In this document: piece after piece, positions 21,815 to 33,938 of the stretch
Position numbering within the stretch: the first letter of the stretch is position 1
Layout: every line of letters starts with the position of its first letter
Source: a virus
Taxonomy: Duplodnaviria > Heunggongvirae > Uroviricota > Caudoviricetes
DNA length: 57,277 nt
IMG/VR virus record: IMGVR_UViG_2721755643_000007
Reading direction: 5' to 3' (one strand)
Made by a program: the position numbers and the translations under genes
The notes under the pieces: model-generated
Told to the model about the DNA's origin: nothing
Seen by the model: the letters and a program-made list of their open reading frames with translations, nothing else
Databases searched by the model: none

Positions 21815-22156
21815 TTACACACGAGCCAGCGGCTGAACAGAAATACCTGAGCCAACAAACGCGGCAACCTTTGCCGACAGTTCTTTTACAGACTCAGGCC
21901 AGTTCAGAGCATCAACATTTAAAACACCTGTCTTATAAACCTGTGCCTGTGTTTTTTTCACTGTGTCGATTTGTACAGCGGAAACATAAACCGCTTTACC
22001 TACGCTCGAACCATCCCATACCACCAGTGCACCTGTTGCATCTTCCTGCATCAGTGGCGTAAATGCAGGAATTACCCCTTTATTAGCTGAAAATATCCCC
22101 AGCGTAGTCACCAGTGCTTCAGTGCCAGCCATGAGTTCAGTGTAATGAGTAGCCAT
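21815..22156 (-). CDS. capsid decoration protein paralog (gpD-like) encoded by the island
   Basis: 113 aa; shares spaced motifs with helper D (TPLM.D, LV.WDG, YK.G, WPE, AF.G..IS) at low identity. Confidence 0.7.
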   Translation of the reverse strand: MATHYTELMAGTEALVTTLGIFSANKGVIPAFTPLMQEDATGALVVWDGSSVGKAVYVSAVQIDTVKKTQAQVYKTGVLNVDALNWPESVKELSAKVAAFVGSGISVQPLARV

Positions 22157-22165
22157 TGCTCCCCC

Positions 22166-23212
22166 TTAGCCAATGCGAACGGTAACAAAACGATTGATGC
22201 GGGCCGGTATTGGCTGTGGTGCTGAATGTGTCTGCACATATTCAATAGCCGGATCACCAGGCACAATATAGTTTTTCGGTGCAAGTTCGGCTTTAGTCAG
22301 CCCCATTCGGATTAGCTCCGGATCCTGAATACCGCCATAGGCGACAATCCCCTGAAGAGCCGTATTGCCAAGCACCATCAAATCAGGATCAAGGAAATGT
22401 TTTTCTGTTCCGTCCTCGTCGGTATAACGCCCGCTGTAAACAACAATCGCAACATCGCCCATATACCCTTTAAAACTCACCGAATCACCAAGGTCTTTAA
22501 GGGCCGTTTCCAGTTCGGAATTAGAACCACGACGGGTATCCAAAGCCTCTTTTATCGCTCTGAATGAACGGTATTTCTTCCATACATTACCACCCATAAT
22601 GATGATATTAGTGACGCCCTCACTAAATTCTGCGTAGCTCTCAATATCATCATTTGGATCAAAAGTTTCTTTATCCTTACCTGACCACTCAGTACCGCCA
22701 GACTGAGTGATGATATTTTGTGGTTTTATATTCCAGTCCAGCTCATAACGTTCAATACCATCGCCCTCAATGATATTTTTCCCCGTTGTGATTGCCTGAA
22801 CAGCAAGCCATTCAATACGTGCACGAATAGCTTTAGCCTGATTTACAATCGCCTGTTTAACTTTAATATTACGCGCCCCAAAAGCATTGTATTGCTCAGG
22901 TGACACACCAGCAGGGCGCACAGCTAACTTATTTGGATCAATGCTGCTTTTCGGCTTCATATAACCTGGACGAATTGTTTTTGATTCGTATCCCTCATCT
23001 CGTGAAACTTTACTGCCCACCATAGGAGAGCAAAACGCCGCGATCGGGATATTTGGATCGTCGATCGTATCAAGAATAATGTCTCTCGATTCAAACATTA
23101 CCGAGCGAGTGAAAAACAAACTGGTAAACAACGCATTTAATTTTTTTTGCACATCTTCAGCATTAGCCACCTGCACAAGCTGTGTAGGCGAATATAAATC
23201 AACCATACTCAT
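22166..23212 (-). CDS. major capsid protein paralog (gpE-like) encoded by the island
   Basis: Start MSMVDLYS; shares ITQSGGTEWS, DTRRGS.SELETA.KDLG and AIVVYSG with helper gpE; rough by-eye identity 35-40%. Confidence 0.85.
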   Translation of the reverse strand: MSMVDLYSPTQLVQVANAEDVQKKLNALFTSLFFTRSVMFESRDIILDTIDDPNIPIAAFCSPMVGSKVSRDEGYESKTIRPGYMKPKSSIDPNKLAVRPAGVSPEQYNAFGARNIKVKQAIVNQAKAIRARIEWLAVQAITTGKNIIEGDGIERYELDWNIKPQNIITQSGGTEWSGKDKETFDPNDDIESYAEFSEGVTNIIIMGGNVWKKYRSFRAIKEALDTRRGSNSELETALKDLGDSVSFKGYMGDVAIVVYSGRYTDEDGTEKHFLDPDLMVLGNTALQGIVAYGGIQDPELIRMGLTKAELAPKNYIVPGDPAIEYVQTHSAPQPIPARINRFVTVRIG

Positions 23213-23423
23213 CCTCTTTACATTCATTACAAATAATTGTGAATATATTCTATTACCGATGTCTGCTATGCGAATACATGCAACCAAGTGCAATGTTGTA
23301 TAAAATATGCCGTAACAACTTCAGTGCTGATAATTCGTGTTAATGTATTTACTTCCTTTGGTCGGGATTTATGTAGCATGCCGGAAAATCTATTTTTTTC
23401 CGGCATCTTTTTGTTTGCAGAAT

Positions 23424-23846
23424 TTAAAACGGTATATTATCGCCGTACGGATCATCATTCCCCGACTGTTGTTTTGCCCTGTTCAGTGCGTCAGTGGCCT
23501 GCCCCTGCTGGCCTTTTTTGCCGCCCGGTCGCGCCGTTCGCGCACTGATTACGCTGTCTGCGATAACCTGCCAGCCCCGCCGCGTTTCGCCGTTCTGGCC
23601 TGTCCACTGGCTTACCTGCATGTTACCCGCCACGCTCACCAGTTCGCCTTTGTGGTGTTTTGCCAGTGCGTCGGCCTGTCTGCCAAACGCCAGGACGGAT
23701 AACCACATCGTCGCCGTTCCGTCATCTGCCTGGCTGCACGGCAGGGGAACCGCCATACTCGCCATCGCCATTTGTGTCCCTTTGCTGGTGGTCTTTAACT
23801 GCGGGTCAGCCACCAGCCGCCCGTAAGCCGCTATCTGTGCTGTCAT
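23424..23846 (-). CDS. single-stranded DNA-binding protein (SSB-like)
   Basis: 140 aa; OB-fold-like N-terminus, Gly/Gln-rich linker, acidic tail ending DDPYGDNIPF. Confidence 0.75.
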   Translation of the reverse strand: MTAQIAAYGRLVADPQLKTTSKGTQMAMASMAVPLPCSQADDGTATMWLSVLAFGRQADALAKHHKGELVSVAGNMQVSQWTGQNGETRRGWQVIADSVISARTARPGGKKGQQGQATDALNRAKQQSGNDDPYGDNIPF

Positions 23847-24157
23847 GCTGTCTGCTCTCCGGTTTTAACATTGATGGTTGTCACCTGTTCCGCTTCGGCA
23901 ATCTCCCGTTCTGTCAGCGTGGCAAAGTTTGCCGCTGCTGTGGTCATGAATGCGCTTATCAGGTCGGGATGTTCCTTCGCGTATCCTGCCCGTGTGTGGT
24001 GGTCTATCGCTTTGATTGCCACCTTTAAGGAAAGCTCTGTCATGTCTAACGCTTTATATTTTGCCTGTGTTCTGTCTCTGCGAATTTTGGTCATTTGTCG
24101 CCCCTGATTCATGTTTTCGGCTGGCATGTTTGTTAAGTGATTTTTATGTATGCGCAT
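23843..24157 (-). CDS. hypothetical protein (104 aa)
   Basis: ORF with stop/start overlap to SSB, downstream of the ori iterons. Confidence 0.45.
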   Translation of the reverse strand: MRIHKNHLTNMPAENMNQGRQMTKIRRDRTQAKYKALDMTELSLKVAIKAIDHHTRAGYAKEHPDLISAFMTTAAANFATLTEREIAEAEQVTTINVKTGEQTA

Positions 24158-24169
24158 TTATTTTCACCC

Positions 24170-24440
24170 CCCCTCGTTTAAAAAGTTTTTAGTTGTGCCT
24201 CCCCCCCTCTACCCATCTACCCGAATGCTCACCATGTCAGTAATGGCGCGGCTTTCAGCGGGTAGATAGCTTTTTGACTCCTCTACCTGCCGTCTACCCT
24301 GCTACCTGAAACTGATAAAATCAGGTAGAAGAGGTAGAGAGCTTTTATTAGCCTTCTACCTAGCCCTATACCCACTTATCATGTTGAATAATATGCGTTT
24401 ATTTTGTTCAGGTAGATGGGGTAGATGGCTTTTACAAAAA
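24170..24440. repeat. iteron array (GGTAGA / TCTACC motifs), candidate island replication origin
   Basis: Many copies in both orientations (CTCTACCCATCTACCC, GGGTAGATAG, CAGGTAGAAGAGGTAGAGAG, CAGGTAGATGGGGTAGATGG) immediately 3' of the primase-helicase gene. Confidence 0.65.
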
Positions 24441-24441
24441 A

Positions 24442-26196
24442 TTATAAAAACGCGTCGCAATCGTCTGTTGTAATTGCGTTGGTCTGCGTTACTCCCTTAA
24501 CTTTTCGCGTAATATATTCATGCCCGTAAACTTTCGCCGCTGGCTTCATGGCCTTGCTGAACTCAGCCACGTTTAGCGGTTTGCTCCTGCCCGCGTATGC
24601 CATAAACGCCAGATAGACGCGGTAAAGGCTGTTCCTGGTCGTGTACTTCACTGAATCACCACCGCCACCCATCATCAGGCCGCGCGCTTCCTCCAGAAAA
24701 TTCAGGAACTGGCAAAACTCAATAACCGGATCCGTCTGTTGCTTTATTGCCAGTGCTTCATCACCGTCACGCTGTTCCAGTAGTAAAGCCCGTGCCTTCT
24801 CAGGGTCGGTAAAGTTCGCCAGCAATCGGCGGATAATAACGGGGATTTCAGCCGCAATCTTTTCCGGTAGCTCCCTGTCTTTTTCGGCCTCACTGACGAT
24901 ATTGTCGAAACGGAAAATCACGCGACGACGTGCCACACCTCCGGCCCGTTCGGTGAATATCATCGGGTTGTTGTTGGTCGCCAGCACCACCGCCCTGATT
25001 ACCGCCGTGAAACGCTTTTCATATTTCGGGTTAATTTCCACGGGGTCGCCGCCTGTGATTTTCTTGATGCCCGTTCCTTCGCCTGTATATTTCGGCTGGT
25101 CAGCCAGGACGATAAGACGACTCCCGACAACCTGCGCACGTCCACCAGCATCATCAAGCGATGTCATTTCAGCGCTTACCGTGTTCTGTTTCCCTGCCAG
25201 AAGGCTGGCTATGTGTGTGAATGTACTTTTACCGCTCCCGCCGTCTCCGGTGGCCTCAATAAACATCTGCCAGTCGTACCGATTCGCCATAATCATGTAC
25301 AGCGCGGCACATATACGCATCATCTTGCGCGGGTCTTTTCCGGCTGCGTGCTCAAGCCATTTATGAAAGTTTGGCGCGTTATCGCGGATGTTCTCCCCTG
25401 GTGCTGGTGGCGTGTACTCAATGCCGTTGTGCGTGGTGATCCAGTTCTCCGGCGTGTGCGGGGAAAATTCCCCCGTTTTCAGGTCAAGCGCACCATTGGC
25501 GAACGGCAGCAAATCGCCAGACGGCTCGCCCATTGGTTCGGCAATAACTTTTAACGCTTCCACGGCGTTATTGATTACGCGCTTGCTGAAAGTGGCCCTG
25601 TGCTCTGAATAGATCGCCACCATTTCGCGGCTAAGTTCCATTGTGCTGACCGGACACCATACCCCGCCGCGCCATACGTGAACGATTTCACTTTCAGGAT
25701 GTACGCAAACGCCATCAAAGCGATCGGCAAGCAACTGCGCGCGCTCACTGTCCGCCATCTGCGAAAGTTGCGCCTTTTGCTTTACCGGAAGCTCAATGAC
25801 CAGACCATCAGAAAGATTCTGGCGTTCACGGGCCAGATATTCGCGCCAGTTCTGCACCTCCTGGCCGTGCATACCCTCAGGATAAAAATTTGCATCCTGT
25901 ACGCCTGCTGCCGCCAGCTTCTGACCAATCGCCTTTATCATTACAGGCGCAAGATATCCGGCCCTGTATATGCGTGCTGATTTTCGGCCTTCCGGCACAA
26001 TTTGCAGATTATCCAGTTCGGATAGCTGCTGCTCCCCAAGCCACACAGGAGGCTCATTATCTCCGGCCATACGCGCATCATGTTCCTGCCATTGTTTCGC
26101 GTGTGCCCAGGCATCACTACCCGCAAAAATAATGACTTCTGTTCCTTTGTGTTTTATGCCGCGTGACTGCTGTTTTACGTTCGGTGCCAGTTTCAT
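24442..26196 (-). CDS. primase-helicase (D5 / P4 alpha-like NTPase with Walker A)
   Basis: 584 aa; Walker A GDGGSGKST; size and domain order typical of satellite and plasmid primase-helicases. Confidence 0.8.
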   Translation of the reverse strand: MKLAPNVKQQSRGIKHKGTEVIIFAGSDAWAHAKQWQEHDARMAGDNEPPVWLGEQQLSELDNLQIVPEGRKSARIYRAGYLAPVMIKAIGQKLAAAGVQDANFYPEGMHGQEVQNWREYLARERQNLSDGLVIELPVKQKAQLSQMADSERAQLLADRFDGVCVHPESEIVHVWRGGVWCPVSTMELSREMVAIYSEHRATFSKRVINNAVEALKVIAEPMGEPSGDLLPFANGALDLKTGEFSPHTPENWITTHNGIEYTPPAPGENIRDNAPNFHKWLEHAAGKDPRKMMRICAALYMIMANRYDWQMFIEATGDGGSGKSTFTHIASLLAGKQNTVSAEMTSLDDAGGRAQVVGSRLIVLADQPKYTGEGTGIKKITGGDPVEINPKYEKRFTAVIRAVVLATNNNPMIFTERAGGVARRRVIFRFDNIVSEAEKDRELPEKIAAEIPVIIRRLLANFTDPEKARALLLEQRDGDEALAIKQQTDPVIEFCQFLNFLEEARGLMMGGGGDSVKYTTRNSLYRVYLAFMAYAGRSKPLNVAEFSKAMKPAAKVYGHEYITRKVKGVTQTNAITTDDCDAFL

Positions 26197-26492
26197 TTTT
26201 TACCTCTGAATCCGTTAATCATGGTTTTCATTTTCTGGATATTTCCCCACGCTTTTTCCCTGCTGATGGGCTTACTGCGGGGTGCGGCATATACCAGGGA
26301 AAAATCACGCCGGAACTGATAAACAGGCATCACGCAGTCATAGCTATACCCCTCACGGCGGTAAGTGATGCGCCGTTCTGCCACGCCTTTAATCGTTACC
26401 GTGCCGCCGTATTTATCGCGGTAAATATCGCCGTTCATAAATTCAGGTCGAGCGGGGCCGCTGGCAATAAAGCCAGAATTTTTCATTTCCAT
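26193..26492 (-). CDS. hypothetical protein (99 aa)
   Basis: ORF overlapping the primase start by 4 nt (operon-like). Confidence 0.45.
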   Translation of the reverse strand: MEMKNSGFIASGPARPEFMNGDIYRDKYGGTVTIKGVAERRITYRREGYSYDCVMPVYQFRRDFSLVYAAPRSKPISREKAWGNIQKMKTMINGFRGKK

Positions 26493-26509
26493 ATTATTTA
26501 TTCCTCGAC

Positions 26510-26731
26510 TTAACTCGACTTATTTGATAGCAGGGCACTATTTATTGCGTCATTGAGTTTTTCTGCTGATTCATCAATAAGTGACAACAGGCCATAAGCA
26601 ATATTTGCATCTTCATTGTCATTTATGCAATCAAGCCACATATTTAATATTGCTTTTGCTGAATTATTTAAAGTTAATGAACTTTCTGCACATGCTAACA
26701 ATTTAAAAAAGACTTCCCGTTCTGTATTCAT
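26510..26731 (-). CDS. hypothetical protein (73 aa)
   Basis: Small ORF in a tightly packed co-oriented cluster. Confidence 0.4.
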   Translation of the reverse strand: MNTEREVFFKLLACAESSLTLNNSAKAILNMWLDCINDNEDANIAYGLLSLIDESAEKLNDAINSALLSNKSS

Positions 26732-26923
26732 TTAATCCCCCACCAGCTTACTTTCTTCCTCAATCAAAAAACTAGCGACACTTCCCGAAAGACGCGCCAG
26801 TAGGCTCGCCAGTGCGGATATATCAGCATCTGTAATTTTGTTCGGGTATACCTCAAGAAGGCGGCAAATAATTTCTGTCTGGTGCGCACGTTCAGCGGCT
26901 TCGTGTAATGTAATTTCCTGCAT
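26732..26923 (-). CDS. hypothetical protein (63 aa)
   Basis: Small ORF, abutting its neighbours. Confidence 0.4.
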   Translation of the reverse strand: MQEITLHEAAERAHQTEIICRLLEVYPNKITDADISALASLLARLSGSVASFLIEEESKLVGD

Positions 26924-27108
26924 TAATGCACCTCTTTTAATTCATACACTGCTGAAATAATGACTTGTGATAAGCCATATTCTGATGATTCGCTTCTCAC
27001 CGCAGCAATAGCCGTCTGAACATTAACAGCCTTCACATTCTGAGCGATACCAATTGTGTGGCCTATTGGGTTAACAGCTCGGGCAAATACACGGAAGGTT
27101 TTAAGCAT
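26923..27108 (-). CDS. hypothetical protein (61 aa)
   Basis: First gene of the leftward small-ORF operon, facing the divergent control region. Confidence 0.4.
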   Translation of the reverse strand: MLKTFRVFARAVNPIGHTIGIAQNVKAVNVQTAIAAVRSESSEYGLSQVIISAVYELKEVH

Positions 27109-27389
27109 GACTCACTCCCTGGCGGATTTTTGCAGCGAATACAGCAACACAACCGGACGGGCAACGGCTACGCGCTTCGCGTTCCGTCCAGGCGGTTACG
27201 TGGATGATTTGAGATTCTCCGGCACTCAGTGCCAGAAAACGCCACACAAAGGCCGTTTGTGTGTGTACAAGGTGTGGTATATGATTTACAGCAACCATAA
27301 CGGCTCCTAGTTTACGTTGTTGGTTAGACGCCCCGTATGTGTTCCCAGCACTGCGGGGCGTTGCTCTTTGTATTTCAACAATCCTTTCG

Positions 27390-27468
27390 GTGTGTTTCAT
27401 GTTATGAGCGCATGAAACACACGTCAAGGCTTTTTGTATTTCTTTTTTTGTGTATACTGAAACACACC
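27390..27468. promoter_or_regulatory. candidate operator/promoter: 12-bp perfect inverted repeat plus an extra half-site overlapping a -10-like TATACT
   Basis: GTGTGTTTCATG-(9 nt)-CATGAAACACAC at 27390-27422; half-site TGAAACACACC at 27458-27468; TATACT at 27453-27458; AGGAG before the ATG at 27489. Confidence 0.5.
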
Positions 27469-27488
27469 GATGATTAGGAGTTTCAGAA

Positions 27489-27794
27489 ATGGCAACGGCT
27501 AACAAAAACGCAAAATCACAACTGACAACTGTCAGAGTCCCACTAGATGTTATGCAAGGGATGGAATCCGTTAAGCTGGACGGTGAAAGCAATGCCGGAT
27601 TTATCGTAACCGCCATGCGCGGAGAAATAGCCCGCCGCCAAGCAGAAGGCAGCGGAGAAAATCCCCTTGTGTCGTCACTGGATGCCCTGGCTAAGGTCGA
27701 ACAAATCGGCATCAAAGCAGCCGAGGAGATCGGGCAACTCGTCACCGTCGCGCGTGAAGAACTCCAGCGACGCAAGGTCAAAGAGCATGAATAG
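27489..27794 (+). CDS. putative ribbon-helix-helix DNA-binding regulator (candidate island repressor)
   Basis: 101 aa; N-terminal TTVRVPLDVMQGMESV fits the RHH beta-strand/helix pattern; transcribed opposite to the replication operon. Confidence 0.5.
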   Translation: MATANKNAKSQLTTVRVPLDVMQGMESVKLDGESNAGFIVTAMRGEIARRQAEGSGENPLVSSLDALAKVEQIGIKAAEEIGQLVTVAREELQRRKVKEHE

Positions 27795-27851
27795 CCAATA
27801 TCAGCGCCATAGTTTGAGGAACGCAGGCGCATTGCTTTACAGGACAGCACC

Positions 27852-28031
27852 ATGAGCGACACAGAATCAACCAAAACACCATCACCAACTCGTAAGAGAC
27901 GACGCAAAAATATAGCGCATGAACATGAATCAGAAAGATTCGCACCTTGTTCGTTTGCTCTTGAGAAATTCCTTAAAGAGCACAGGAAAAAGCTCTCGTT
28001 GCAAACCTTGGAACGAACCAAATCTGACTGA
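27852..28031 (+). CDS. small hypothetical protein (59 aa)
   Basis: ORF MSDTESTKTPSPTRKRRRKNIAHEHE... co-oriented with the RHH gene; below the ORF-track length cutoff. Confidence 0.3.
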   Translation: MSDTESTKTPSPTRKRRRKNIAHEHESERFAPCSFALEKFLKEHRKKLSLQTLERTKSD

Positions 28032-28127
28032 TCACATTGCCCACCAGCCGCAAATGTGGCATTGTTGGTGATGCTTTTGTTTTCCCTTGTTTCCACTGGC
28101 GACCCTTTTGCGGTCGCCTTTGTTTTG

Positions 28128-28706
28128 TCACTGAATGCGGTTACCAAAGTAAAACTCAGGCTGATATTCACGTATCAGCGTTTTTTCTTCTTCCTCCAGC
28201 TCACGCTTTTTGCGCTTACATGCCTGTAGCTCCCTCCCCTTCTCGCTGGCACTTATTTGATATTGCTCTTTACGGCGGGAAAAATCCTGTAATGCACCCC
28301 ACGGGATACCATAAGTCCCCGTTTTTCTGATACCTGGTATCACATTTCTGAATACCCAGTTACTGAAACGATGAGCAAATGTGCCAGGCGTCGTTGCTTT
28401 GCGGCTGCGGGCTATTAGTTTGTAGAAACCTGACTCAGAGATAATTCTCATATTCTGATTTCCTCCTGGGGTGTAAGTTAAATTTACTCCCTTTTCATCA
28501 TCATCAAGCATCTGCAACGCCGTACGCGAATTGGTTAGTTCCAGCGCAGCACAAACATCTTTTGCAACAAACCACGGATCGCCGTTCAGATACACCACAC
28601 GAACGTTCACACTATCAAAGCGCAGAACGACGAGATCACGAATATCGCAGAATTTTTTCACTGGACGAGCGTACCCCTTGCCCGTCACGGCAATATTTTT
28701 ATTCAT
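28128..28706 (-). CDS. Bro-N domain protein (antirepressor-like)
   Basis: 192 aa; N-terminal FDSVNVRVVYLNGDPWFVAKDVCAALEL typical of Bro-N. Confidence 0.75.
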   Translation of the reverse strand: MNKNIAVTGKGYARPVKKFCDIRDLVVLRFDSVNVRVVYLNGDPWFVAKDVCAALELTNSRTALQMLDDDEKGVNLTYTPGGNQNMRIISESGFYKLIARSRKATTPGTFAHRFSNWVFRNVIPGIRKTGTYGIPWGALQDFSRRKEQYQISASEKGRELQACKRKKRELEEEEKTLIREYQPEFYFGNRIQ

Positions 28707-28762
28707 CGCGTTTTTACCTTATAGACAAAAAACCCCTCGTGATGAGGGGCATTATTTACTGG

Positions 28763-29020
28763 TTATTGCTGTTTTGTTTTTCCAGGTTTCCATCCAGGAT
28801 GCCACTCACCACGGATCCATGCCTGAACCTCTGAAAGTCGATACCCTGCAGCACGTTCACCGATCTTGATACGTCGCGGGAATTTACCTGCCTGCTCCAT
28901 TTTCCAGCGTGTTGAGTTTGCCAGCGTGGTAAGTGCTATGCACTCTTTTTCACGAATGAACCGATCAATGTCCTTCATTGTGCGCAAATCGTTTTCATCA
29001 ACAAGAGAATAAATTGTCAT
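28763..29020 (-). CDS. AlpA-family transcriptional regulator / excisionase-like protein
   Basis: 85 aa; CIALTTLANSTRWKMEQAGKFPRRIKIGERAAGYRLSEVQAWI matches the AlpA pattern; immediately downstream of int. Confidence 0.8.
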   Translation of the reverse strand: MTIYSLVDENDLRTMKDIDRFIREKECIALTTLANSTRWKMEQAGKFPRRIKIGERAAGYRLSEVQAWIRGEWHPGWKPGKTKQQ

Positions 29021-29021
29021 A

Positions 29022-30263
29022 TCACACCACCTCTTTATTAAGCTCGATAACGTTGTTGTTAAATCCTGCTATCGTATTAAGGTAATTAACCCACATATTA
29101 AGCACCTCAAGTTTTTTCTTTATATGCCTGCTTTTATTGTAAACACCAGCAACCCCTTTCACTTTATGACCTAAAAGAAGTTCGACAATATAAGGATCCG
29201 CCCCCATATCATTAAGCGTAGTGGAAAATGTGCGCCTGAAATCATGTATGCACCACAAGCCATTAGTATCATGACCAAGACGCCTGCATATTCTGTTTGC
29301 AGCCCCTGTTATTGTCGCCCTTTGCAAAGCACAACCGACAACATAACCGCGATTTTTTGTTTCTGCGTAAAGATTAACGATCCATTGTTTTATTCCGTCA
29401 GGAACAGGCCTTACTATAGCCTCCTTGTTTTTGCTGTGCTCTTTTGGGACTGTCCATACCCAGTTTTTTAAATCCCATTCGTCCCAGGTGGATAGCCTCG
29501 CCTCCTGCTGTCGGCAACCAAACACCAGGCAGATAACCATTATTCTTCGGTTATATATTGATGACAGAGTTAGCAAATTATTACCGTAAGCATAAGACCA
29601 TACATCAGCGGTTTCATTGATATTAAGAACGCGATCCCTTATACCGGATGAGCGCCCGACATAACTTACGTTAATATCTCCAAAGGGATCGCACGCGATG
29701 TATTGCCTGACGCGACAAAAACGCAACGCCTGTTTGATATCAAGAAAAATTGCACCAGACATAACAGGCGCATTTTTTTTGATCCTGTCAAAGACGGTAA
29801 GCCATGTGTGTAATTTGCACTGTTCTATAGCCATATCACCGATATAGGGGAAGATATGCTTTTCAAATCGTTTTATTAAATATTCATGCTCTTTTCTGGC
29901 TGTTGTGGCGTGATTGTCGTACCAGTAAAACAGCGCATCCCTTACGGTCACTGGTTGCATAGTTTTTTCGGCAGCAAGTTTTATTTGCCTGCGGGGGTCC
30001 AGATTTTCAGCCAGCCATTCACGGCACTGATCACGCATGCGCCTGGCCGTTGCAAGAGACATGTCAGGATAGCGACCAAGTGTAAGCCATACCGGAGGGG
30101 ATTCCCTGCCACCAAGACGATAGTAAAAAACAAAGCTGATCCCCCCAACCATGCTTACACGCACAGACAACCCGCGCCCATCCGCTATTGTTTTTTGTTT
30201 GTCCTGCCGTTTTCCGACAAGACTCTTTAACAGTTTGTCACTGAGTTTGTTTTCAATAGCCAT
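29022..30263 (-). CDS. tyrosine integrase (P4-type, with N-terminal arm-binding domain)
   Basis: 413 aa; N-terminal DGRGLSVRV / YRLGG / LGRYPDMSLATAR motifs; C-terminal HDFRRTF ... LLGH ... VYNKS. Confidence 0.9.
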   Translation of the reverse strand: MAIENKLSDKLLKSLVGKRQDKQKTIADGRGLSVRVSMVGGISFVFYYRLGGRESPPVWLTLGRYPDMSLATARRMRDQCREWLAENLDPRRQIKLAAEKTMQPVTVRDALFYWYDNHATTARKEHEYLIKRFEKHIFPYIGDMAIEQCKLHTWLTVFDRIKKNAPVMSGAIFLDIKQALRFCRVRQYIACDPFGDINVSYVGRSSGIRDRVLNINETADVWSYAYGNNLLTLSSIYNRRIMVICLVFGCRQQEARLSTWDEWDLKNWVWTVPKEHSKNKEAIVRPVPDGIKQWIVNLYAETKNRGYVVGCALQRATITGAANRICRRLGHDTNGLWCIHDFRRTFSTTLNDMGADPYIVELLLGHKVKGVAGVYNKSRHIKKKLEVLNMWVNYLNTIAGFNNNVIELNKEVV

Positions 30264-30281
30264 TAAAAGCCCTCAAGAGAT

Positions 30282-30335
30282 TTGCAATACACACCCATCC
30301 CGATCGCCAATTTGCAATACACATTGCAATACACA
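30282..30335. repeat. three direct copies of TTGCAATACACA between int and the right junction, candidate arm-type sites
   Basis: Copies at 30282-30293, 30312-30323 and 30324-30335; same motif as at 19646-19670. Confidence 0.5.
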
Positions 30336-30411
30336 AAACCGCGAAAAACTGGAAGGGTGATGAACGGTCATCAAAAGCATGGAAAACGACATTCCAGACG
30401 CAGCAAGGGTT

Positions 30412-33392
<2,981 letters not shown>

Positions 33393-33418
<26 letters not shown>

Positions 33419-33938
33419 TCAGCAACCCCGGTATCAGTTCATCCAGCGCGGCTGCTTTGTTCATGGCTTTGATGATATCCCGTTTCAGGAAATCAACATG
33501 TCGGTTTTCCAGTTCCGGAAAACGCCGCTGCACCGACAGGGGGATCCCGTCGAGAATACTGGCAATTTCACCTGCGATCCGCGACAACACGAAAGTACAG
33601 AATGCGGTTTCCACCACTTCAGCGGAGTCTCTGGCATTCTTCAGTTCCTGTGCGTCGGCCTGCGCACGCGTAAGTCGATGGCGTTCGTACTCAATAGTCC
33701 CTGGCTGGAGATCTGCCTCGCTGGCCTGCCGCAGTTCTTCAACCTCCCGGCGCAGCTTTTCGTTCTCAATTTCAGCATCCCTTTCGGCATACCATTTTAT
33801 GACGGCGGCAGAGTCATAAAGCACCTCATTACCCTTGCCACCGCCTCGCAGAACGGGCATTCCCTGTTCCTGCCAGTTCTGAATGGTACGGATACTCGCA
33901 CCGAAAATGTCAGCCAGCTGCTTTTTGTTGACTTCCAT
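33393..33938 (-). CDS. Nu1: terminase small subunit Nu1
   Basis: 181 aa MEVNKKQLADIFGASIRTIQNWQEQGMPV matches lambda Nu1. Confidence 0.95.

Noticed and set aside
24641-25366. 241-aa plus-strand ORF inside the primase-helicase gene
   Set aside because: Antisense to the primase-helicase ORF, which has a Walker A motif and operon context.
27101-28171. 356-aa minus-strand ORF across the island control region
   Set aside because: Overlaps the better-supported plus-strand RHH gene and the divergent promoter; Ser/Cys-rich with no domain signature; start overlaps a divergent ATG.
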